From Paraspadella gotoi (lineage: Eukaryota > Animalia > Chaetognatha): a DNA stretch of 7,140 bases. Below are positions 1 through 7,140 of the stretch, in pieces. Below the pieces are notes generated by a model that ran no database searches, was not told where the DNA came from, and was given only the letters and a program-made list of their open reading frames with translations. The stretch lies in contig CM119263.1 of NCBI GenBank assembly GCA_051294375.1, positions 25,314,809 through 25,321,948 on the forward strand, read 5' to 3'. The translations under genes and the position numbers were made by a program. Each line of letters starts with the position of its first letter. Within the stretch, counting starts at the first letter, position 1.

Positions 1-100
1 ACGCCGTCCATAACCGCGTCGAACGTGAGCGACTTTAAATGATATTTAGCAGGAAGAACACATTTCAGCCCGCGTCTTGAGATGTAAGAAGGAGGAATCT
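1..100 (+). repeat. Left arm of ~100-bp inverted repeat (candidate terminal inverted repeat)
   Basis: The reverse complement of 1-100 (AGATTCCTCC...GGTTATGGACGGCGT) aligns by eye to 2998-3098 with about 6 differences (5 single-base indels, 1 substitution). Confidence 0.95.
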
Positions 101-400
101 TGGTCAAGGTCGGTCAAAATTAAAATTCCATTCTCATAGAGAAAAAAAAAAACACTCGGGGAAAAGAGTAGAAAAGTTTTAGTAGAAATTAATTCATTCC
201 AAAGCAACTTCGTCGTTCGGAGAAAAAAAAAAGATTCCAGAGATAATTTCTCGAACTTGGAATTTGACCGAGTTTATTTCTCCGGGAAAAAAATCTTTAA
301 TATAGCCAAATGAGCAATTATATAGAGACACTTCCGTCTTCCTTCCGCCACCTCCGCTCGCCTCTTTGGTCCCAGTCAGCGGAGGGACCAGGAAAATGGG

Positions 401-530
401 AAAGGAAATAAAGAGAGAAAGAAAGAAGAGAGAAAGAAAGAAAAAAAGAAACAAAAGAAAAGAAAAAGAAACAAAAAAAACATGAGAAAAAAGAAAGAAA
501 GAAAGAAAAGAAACATGTACTAAAACAAAA
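401..530 (+). repeat. A/G-rich low-complexity tract with (GAAA)/(AAAAG)-like units
   Basis: Almost purely A/G on the + strand, e.g. aaagaaagaaagaaagaaaag, followed by T10 at 531-540. Confidence 0.85.
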
Positions 531-641
531 TTTTTTTTTTCTGGCAAGACGTTGTAGCGTTCCATGATTTCAAAACTGCTTTTCAAGTGGAAAAACATTG
601 GACATTAGCGAGAGACTAAGACACTAAACAATGATAATTAA

Positions 642-2931
642 ATGGAAGAAATAACGACTTTAAAGCTTTCCGCGCTCTTAAATCTGCCTTTCTTTATGTC
701 ACTACGAAATAGTACAGACAATTTTGAGCGATTTAATGTTCGAGACTCGATTACGTCTTTGGCAGGCGATCGTAATCCGTCTCTTCGGCCGCGCTATTTT
801 ACTCCGTGATACTACCTCTGTTACAATCAGCGATTTTCCGACATGATAGACGAGTAGGCCTGACGTCGACGGATCGCGACGCGACGGTTGTTTCAGCAAC
901 AGGGGAAAAAGTGCGAATTATAAACAATTTTTTTTATCGCGATACAAAATAAAAGATACTTTCTCACAGCGCCAAGTTTCTTAAGGCTGAGACGGGATCA
1001 TCTCGTGTTTTTAAGGCACATGGCCGATGATAACAACTTCCTTTCCTTTTTTTTAAAGAATTAGACCCAGTTTCTAAAACCGGAAGTGCCATCGCCTCGA
1101 TGGCACCAATTCGTTACAAAGTCAAACAGCGTAAAAGAGAAATCGTCGTCCCAATAATTTTTACGACTTCCAAACAAAATTGGCGTCGGCGTCAAAGAAA
1201 GAAAATAATAAAACATTTTCAATAAAAATCGGATCCAATTTATTTATCTTCCGGAAAAAACTCTTTTGAGTTGAAATGCCCCCGTTTTGATGCGCCTCTT
1301 TTCCTCGCGGAGAAACTATCGTCATAACCGACTTTGTTAACGGTTATTATTGGATCCAAGAAAATTGCAAAGAAGTCAACTCTATCACTTAATCCTTTTG
1401 GCTTATGACATTAATTCTTTGGTAGTAAAATTTATACCCACAACGTTTGAAGACGACCACTATGACTACGATGACGGCAATGAGGAAGATGACTACGCGA
1501 ACGACGACGAGAACGACCATGAAGACGACGACGACCGACGACCGACAACGCTGACACTCCGGCCCCCAAACGACAGACCCCAAAAGAATCTGGCAGAATC
1601 GAGACTGATTGAGGAAACTGGAGACGAGAAAAGAAAAAAGAAGACGCGGATAATAAAATGGAAATTAGAAAATCATATCAAAAAAAATTAAAAGTAAAAA
1701 GCATCGAATCCCCCCAAGAAAAAGCGACCTAGATTCAAAATGAAATTGGATCATTTTGATCCTCGAACTGCGAAGAAGAGATCGAGAATCCCCCCCAAAG
1801 AAAGCGACCTCGATCAAATGAATGAGATATGGAACTCGAAAGCAGAAAGAAAGAGATCGAGATCCCCCCAAAGAAAGCGACCTCGATTCAAATGAAATGG
1901 ATCATGATCCTCGAAGCGAAGAAGAGATCGAGTATCCCCCCCAAAGAAGCGACCTCGATCAAAAGAAATGGATCATGGATCCTCGATGAGCGAAGAAGAG
2001 ATCGAGATCCCCAAAAGAAAGCGACCCGATCAAATGAAATGGATCATGATCCTCGAAGCGAAGAAGAGATCGAGATCGAGCTCCCCAAGAAAGCGACCTA
2101 GATCAAAATGAAATGGATCATATCCTCGAAGCAACAAAGAAGAGGATTCGAGAATCCCCAAGAAAAGCTACCTAGATCAAAATGAAATGGATCATGATCC
2201 TCGAAGCAAAGAAGAGATCGAGATCCCCCCCAAAGAAAGCGACCTAGATCAAAATGAAATGGATCATGATCCTCGAAGCGAAGAAGAGGCGATCAGCGAC
2301 GGAGACGAAATGTGGAATCAGAGAGGAAGACATTTTTATGGCGATGATGTGATCTCGTCACGGAACGTTGAACCGTCGTCGTTGGCGTCGTCTTTATCGT
2401 CGTCGTTATCGTCTCCATCGTCGTCGTCAACGCCGGGTCCACATAAAGATTTTCCACGGTTACTTAACCCGAGGTTTTTTTTTCACCAACGGCCCATCGT
2501 CGTCCACGGCGTTTCGTTTTGATGATCTCGTCGCTATGGTGACGAAGAAACCATTTCTCGAGAATCATCTCCGCCCTTAATCACTACCAGGTCCACCACC
2601 TACACGGAGTCGGCAAGAGATATCACCTGTGACGGCCTTGAACGCGTGACCTTCGTAGTGAACGGAAAGCTGAAAATTCTCCGAATTTCTATTTTCTTAT
2701 CCTTCTATTCACTGATCCATTCAGCAATCACTTCCGCCGATGACTCTCCCACGCCGCCGCCCTTTCCTTGCCTTTTCTAACACCCCTTACCCTCCTCACT
2801 CCTTACCCACTCGCTTCCACGATTCGACCGGAAACACAAAGACAAACCTCGGATTCTTGTTTCCTCCTCTTCCTTCGGGCGTCTCCGACAAATTCCAGAC
2901 TGGATGCAATAATGTAAACAAACAAAAATAA
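642..2931 (+). CDS. Putative single long gene of unknown function, broken by many apparent sequencing frameshifts; contains an Asp-rich tract, a 24-aa tandem repeat and a Ser-rich tract
   Basis: Protein-like + strand segments occur in shifting frames: MEEITTLKLSALLNLPFF (642), RGETIVITDFVNGYYWIQENCKEVNSI (1306-1386), LLAYDINSLVVKFIPTTFEDDHYDYDDGNEEDD (ORF 1350-1691), IEIPPKESDLDQNEMDHDPRSEEEAISDGDEMW (ORF 2187-2522), RRYGDEETISRESSPPLITTRSTTYTESARDITCDGLERVTFVVNGKLKILRI (same frame, after 2525), and an end at TAA 2931 overlapping AATAAA. Start, end and continuity are inferred. Confidence 0.35.
1450..1548 (+). repeat. (GAC/GAT)-rich low-complexity tract encoding an Asp/Glu-rich stretch
   Basis: gacgaccactatgactacgatgac...gaagacgacgacgaccgacga translates as EDDHYDYDDGNEEDDYANDDENDHEDDDD. 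A counterpart lies at about 4031-4131. Confidence 0.7.
1703..2288 (+). repeat. ~72-bp tandem array (minisatellite), 8 units
   Basis: Units start at about 1703, 1781, 1856, 1927, 2001, 2069, 2146 and 2217. The cleanest unit (2217-2288, 72 bp) is ATCGAGATCCCCCCCAAAGAAAGCGACCTAGATCAAAATGAAATGGATCATGATCCTCGAAGCGAAGAAGAG. Confidence 0.95.
2374..2428 (+). repeat. (TCG)-rich low-complexity tract, Ser-rich in the acidic-repeat frame
   Basis: cgtcgtcgttggcgtcgtctttatcgtcgtcgttatcgtctccatcgtcgtcgtc reads SSLASSLSSSLSSPSSSS in ORF 2187-2522. Confidence 0.7.
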
Positions 2932-2932
2932 A
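2927..2932 (+). promoter_or_regulatory. Candidate polyadenylation signal AATAAA
   Basis: AATAAA overlaps the TAA of ORF 2740-2931, and AATAAA motifs also occur in the matching part of copy 2 (about 6192-6202). The A-rich context makes chance occurrence likely. Confidence 0.3.
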
Positions 2933-2997
2933 AATAAGGAATTTACGAGCGAAAGAAATGTAGTCTCTCTTTTCGAACGGCGGCCTGTTGTCGGCGC

Positions 2998-3098
2998 AGA
3001 TTCTCCTTCTTAACATCTCAAGACGCGAGGCTGAAATGTGTTTCTTCCTGCTAAATATCAATTAAAGTCGCTCACGTTCGACCGGTTATGGACGGCGT
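2998..3098 (-). repeat. Right arm of ~100-bp inverted repeat
   Basis: AGATTCTCCTTC...GACGGCGT is the reverse complement of 1-100. It ends exactly where copy 2 of the long direct repeat begins (T-run at 3098-3108). Confidence 0.95.
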
Positions 3099-6000
3099 TT
3101 TTTTTTTTCTGCAAGACGTTGTAGCGTTTCCATGATTTCAAAACCTGCTTTTCAGTGGAACTTGGACATTAGAGAGACTAAGAAATACAATGATAATTAA
3201 ATGGAGAATAACGACTCCTTAAAGCTCTCTCCGCGCTCTTAAATCTGCCTTTCTTTATGTCACTACGAAATAGTACAGACATTTGAGCGATTGTAATGTT
3301 CGAGACTCGATTAGCGTTTTCTTTGGCAGGCGATAGTAATCCGCTCTTCGCCGCGCTATTTTAACTCCGTGATACTACTTGTTCATCAGCGATTTTCCGA
3401 CATGATAGACTATAGGCCTGCGTCGCCACGGATCTCGCGACGGCGAACGGTTGTTCAGCAACAAGGGGAAAAAGTGCGAAATTATAAACAATTTTTTTAT
3501 CGCGATACAAACTAAAAGATACTTTCTCACAGCGCCAAGTTTCCTTAAAGGCTGAGACGGGATTCATCTCGTGTTTTTTAAGCACATGGCCGATGATAAC
3601 AACTTCTTTCCTTTTTTTTAAAGAATTAGACAGCCATTTTCTAAAACCGGAAAGCCTGCACGCGCTCGATGGCAACCAAATTTCGTTACAAAGTCAAACA
3701 GCGGTAAAAAGAGAAATCGTCGTCCCAATAATTTTTTAGCGACCTTTCCAAAACAAAATTGCGTCGGCGTCAAAGAAAAGAAAATAATAAAACATTTTAA
3801 TAAAAATCGATCCAATTTATTTATCTTCCGGAAAAACTCTTTTGAGTTGAACCATGTTCCGTTTTGATTGCCCTCTTTCTCGCGGAGAAACCTATCGTCA
3901 TAACCGACTTGTTAACGGTTATTATTGGATCCAAGAAAATTGCAAAGAAGTCAACTCTATCATAAATTTTCCTTATTGGCTTATGACATTAATTCTTTGG
4001 TAGAAAATTTTCCATACTTCCACCACGTTTGAAAGACCGACCACTAATGAATACGATACGGCGCAATGATGAAGATGACTACGAAAGACGACGAGCAACG
4101 CCATGAGACGACGAACGACCGCGACCGACAACGCTGAACACTCCGGCCCCCAAAACGACAGACCCAAAAGAATTGGCAGAATCGAGACTGATTGAGGAAC
4201 TGGAGACGCAGAAAAGAAAAGGAAGACGCGATAATAAAATGGAAATTAGAATCAAATAATCAAAAATAAAAGTTAAAAGCATCGAGATCCCCAAGAAAGC
4301 GACCTAGATCAAAATGGAAATGGATCATGTATTCTGCAACGCGCGAAGCACACGCACTCGAGATCCCCAAAGAAAATCGCACCTCGATTCAAATGAAATG
4401 GATCATGATCCCGAAGCGAAGAAGAGATCGAGAATCCCCCCCAAAGAAAGCGACCTCGATCAAAAGAAATGGATCATGGATCCTCGTACAGCGAAGAAGA
4501 GAGTCGGAGATCCCTCTAACAGCGCCAAAAGCTCGTTATCCCTCGATCATAAATCGAAAGGGTATATAGATCCTTCGAAGCAAAGCAAGCAGATCGGATG
4601 AAGATCCGCCCCATAAGAAAGCGACCATCGATCCAAAATGAATAATGGATCGGAATTGATCCTCGAACCGGGCAGGCGAAGAGCAAGAAAGAAATCGAGA
4701 CTCGAAAGCACCCCAGAAGAACTAGATATAAACTGGGAATCCGCGAAAATCATAGATAACCATTCGTACGGAACGCTTTTAACAACTAGAAGAGTATCAT
4801 GTAGAACATCTCCCGCCCTCAACGCACAATTTGTCGGACCTATGATCATTTAAATGATATGGGTATTCATTGGATCCTCCAAGATAGCGATAAGAAGACG
4901 CACTCGAGATTCCCCTCATGCAGAAATTGCGCTATGAATCTAAAATTGAAATGGATTCAGTACTCCTCCGAAGCAAAGAAGGAAGCCGAGATCCCTTCTC
5001 TCACAGATACCGTTGACCTACGATCATCACTGAAATGTGTATCATATCCTTCTGAAAGCGATAGATTTAGCAGATTCGCATGTATCCCCAATAGAGAATT
5101 GCCGGGCGTGACTATAGATCAAATCTCGAAAATGGTTATCTATCGGATTCTTCGAGCAAATGTAAGATCACTCGGATCCCGGTAAACGAATCACGCGTAC
5201 CTTAGATACTATATATTGATATCTGTATCCTATTCGTATCTTCGTAAGCGCAACGAATGAGGCGATCAAAGCTGACGGTAAGATCGATCACCTGTTGTGA
5301 ATCAGAGACGGATAGACATTTTATCGGCGACTGATGTGAATTCCTCGCTCACGGATCGTTCCTATTACTCCGTTCTTGTCGGTTCCGGCGCTCGTCTTTA
5401 TACGTCGGTCGTTTATGTTCTCCATCGTCCTTCGTCGTTTCAGGATCGCCGTGTCCTATCCACTCAAGTCATTTCACTGGTTACTTAACCGCGAGGATCT
5501 TTTTAATTAATTTTCAATTTCGCCAACCGCGACCCCATACAGTTCGTGTTCGCGACGGCGGGATTCCGGTGTTCTGTGAGGGTGATCTCGTCGCTATGGT
5601 AAGAACAGAAAAAAGAAACTGCATAGTTCTCACAGAGAAAGTACATGCTTCGCGGGCGCTTATACACTGACCAGAACTGCAAACCTAGTCACGGGAGTCG
5701 GCGAGAGAGTGGAGATGTGTGAGCTCGTGGGTGCCGTTGCGCGGAACAATGCGAGTGAGCCTTGAGTAGTGGAAGAAGATCGAGTCATCGATAGTATAAT
5801 CTCTCCGCTCGAATTTCGGAGTTACTTGTATCTACTCATTCACTGATCCATTCTTACGACGATTGAGATTCACGCCTGTGGCCTCGGCCGAGACGTGATC
5901 CTCTCACCACGCCGCCGCCCTTTTCTTCCTTGCTTCTTTTCTTATTTCTATCTACCTTCCTTACCTTCTCCTCTATCTTCTCTTTATCTCTTTTCCTACT

Positions 6001-6306
6001 TCTCGCTCTCCGATTAGATTCCCTTGGTCAACACAAAGATCTAATATCCTTCTGGATTCTTTTTGCTTTCCTTCCCTTTCTTCTGGGCTGCTTTCTCTCG
6101 TCAAATTTCACGACTCGGATGCACCATAAATGTCATACACGATATATACATATCTATTACACATAATAAAAATAATCTACAACTCTATAATAATAAAATA
6201 AAGAATTCTACTGAGCGAAAGAAATGTTCAGGAGTGCTATCTCATATGTTCTAATTGCGAATCCGGCTTTACTGGGAAATTTTCCTAAAGTTTACGTCTG
6301 GGCGCA
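3099..6306 (+). repeat. Long direct repeat, copy 2 (~3.2 kb, progressively degraded by insertions)
   Basis: Starts T-run-CTGCAAGACGTTGTAGCG. The first part is nearly the same length as copy 1 (1182 vs 1172 bp), while the last part is 1045 vs 710 bp because of scattered insertions. The right boundary is approximate. Confidence 0.9.
4281..5261 (+). repeat. Second copy of the ~72-bp array, about 11 units, increasingly degenerate
   Basis: Units are recognisable by GATCCC...GACCT(C/A)GATC...GGATCAT...CCTCGAAGC at about 4281, 4356, 4427, 4502, 4593, 4694, 4795, 4902, 4985, 5074 and 5170. Later units are inflated to 80-105 bp. Confidence 0.8.
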
Positions 6307-6464
6307 AAATATAACTCACGTAAAATCGTACTGGCCCCTCTACTCTTCTTCGCCTTCTCCTCTCTCTCTGCTCTCTCCCTCCACCCGCTCAGTTTTGAAA
6401 CCAAAAAACACCGGGTCGGTTAGATTGGGTCCAAAGTCTCTTGGGTTATTAGCGGGGGTGGATT

Positions 6465-6840
6465 GAGGAAACGAGAGAGAAGGGAGCGAGGGTCAGTCGA
6501 AGGGTGAAAGAGAGAGAGGAGGAGGAGAGGAGCCAGAAATGTTACTGAGGGAATTGAGTTAGAGAGTGGAGAGGAGAGAGTAAGTAGAACCGGCTACGTA
6601 AGAGGAGAGATTGTAGAGAGACGTGATGTTCCAAGCGAGAGAGATCGAGGGCAGAGCAGTGCCAGAGATAGTACGGATCGGAGCGAGGGTATGTAGGAGT
6701 TAGAGGCGGAGTCTTCCCGGGCAGGAAAGAGGACGAGGGAGAGACGGAGGAGCAGGGCGACGAAAGAGAGAACAGGCGGATGGCGGACGGAGACGGGCGG
6801 AGAGAGATAAGCGGCAGGAGAGCACGGGCCGAGAAGATGT
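6465..6840 (+). repeat. GA-rich low-complexity purine tract (noisy)
   Basis: Dominated by gagagag and ggaggag words with irregular interruptions. Confidence 0.65.
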
Positions 6841-6856
6841 AAAGAGAAGAAAGAAA

Positions 6857-6897
<41 letters not shown>

Positions 6898-6955
6898 NNN
6901 NNNNNNNNNNNNNNNNNNNNNNAAGAAAGAAAGAAAGAAAGAAAGAAAGAAAAAG
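6841..6955 (+). repeat. (GAAA)n microsatellite spanning the assembly gap
   Basis: Perfect GAAA runs lie on both sides of the N run. Confidence 0.95.
6898..6922. other. Assembly gap (25 N)
   Basis: 25 consecutive N. Confidence 0.99.
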
Positions 6956-7067
6956 ATGAAAGGGAATAGAAAGCGTCAACCGGAAGAAGAAGCAAAAAAA
7001 CCCGGAAGTGGGCGACTCCCAAGGCGTGGGCCAAAACACGACTCGGAAAACGTTAATATCCCCGCTA

Positions 7068-7128
7068 CGGACTAATGCGCCATGGACCGATGCGTCGCGG
7101 ACTAATGCGCCATGGACCGTTGCGCCAA
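7068..7128 (+). repeat. Short tandem repeat: two 30-bp units, each made of two 15-bp subunits
   Basis: GGACTAATGCGCCAT / GGACCGATGCGTCGC / GGACTAATGCGCCAT / GGACCGTTGCGCCAA at 7069, 7084, 7099 and 7114. Confidence 0.9.
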
Positions 7129-7140
7129 GAATCGCTGGGC

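Larger units (their letters stand above)
531..2998 (+). repeat. Long direct repeat, copy 1 (~2.47 kb)
   Basis: Starts T10-CTGGCAAGACGTTGTAGCG and is colinear with 3099-6306. Anchors: 661-720 with about 3220-3280, 1703 with 4281, 2289 with 5262, GGCGCA 2993-2998 with 6301-6306. Confidence 0.95.
1..3098. mobile_element. Putative 3.1-kb TIR-bounded element (DNA transposon-like element or linear viral/plasmid-like segment), unclassified
   Basis: Both ends are defined by the ~100-bp inverted repeat and the interior holds one long broken ORF. No transposase motif is recognised and no TSD can be checked because the left flank is outside the window. Confidence 0.35.

Noticed and set aside
194-598. 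134-aa minus-strand ORF rich in F/L/S
   Set aside because: It is the antisense translation of the A/G-rich tract 401-530, so the hydrophobic run is a low-complexity artefact.
1086-1106. Perfect 9-bp hairpin GTGCCATCG-CCT-CGATGGCAC
   Set aside because: It has no U-tract and the left arm is not retained in copy 2 (about 3652-3676), so it is unsupported as a terminator or functional structure.
1829-2101. 90-aa ORF within the array as a stand-alone gene
   Set aside because: It drifts among the three repeat frames at indels, which is a mosaic produced by errors.
1703-2288. CRISPR array interpretation of the regular repeats
   Set aside because: Whole units repeat with no unique spacers and no cas genes are present. 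It is a tandem minisatellite.
2368-2580. Arg-rich protamine/p6.9-like ORF (RRRWRRLYRRRYRLHRRRQRR)
   Set aside because: It has a TTG start and is simply the alternative frame of the (TCG)n tract that reads as poly-Ser in the frame continuing from the array. It is not fully excluded but is unsupported.
2998-3098. 100-bp arm as a leftover sequencing adapter
   Set aside because: It does not resemble the PacBio SMRTbell, Nanopore ligation or Illumina adapter sequences I know, and the flanks are direct rather than fold-back copies.
3361-6466. Numerous 60-110-aa ORFs in copy 2
   Set aside because: They are not conserved as ORFs in copy 1 and lie in indel-rich sequence, so they are chance frames.
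6542-7039. 165-aa and 146-aa minus-strand ORFs
   Set aside because: They run through the N gap and the (TTTC)n/CT-rich tracts, which lack stop codons by composition.
1-7140. Assignment to a named virus family, transposon superfamily or host taxon
   Set aside because: No transposase, polymerase, integrase or capsid motif was recognised, and composition alone is insufficient.

Overview
This looks like eukaryotic (or eukaryotic-virus-like) DNA from a noisy long-read assembly. I recognise no known gene, rRNA, tRNA or CRISPR array. Architecture: (1) 1-3098 is bounded by ~100-bp inverted repeats (1-100 and 2998-3098). (2) A ~2.47-kb block (531-2998) is repeated head-to-tail at 3099-~6306, and the second copy becomes progressively insertion-riddled, as in unpolished single-molecule reads. 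(3) Each block holds a ~72-bp GATC-rich tandem array (8 units in copy 1, ~11 in copy 2) with a 12-bp palindrome. Its unit variants preserve one reading frame, suggesting a 24-aa coding repeat inside a long frameshift-broken ORF (~642-2931) with acidic and Ser-rich parts. (4) The right end has a GA-rich tract, a (GAAA)n microsatellite split by a 25-N gap, and a 15/30-bp repeat. The best candidate for novel biology is a 3.1-kb TIR-bounded element or linear segment carrying one unknown repeat-protein gene. Assembly artefact remains a serious alternative for the duplication and possibly the inverted repeat.
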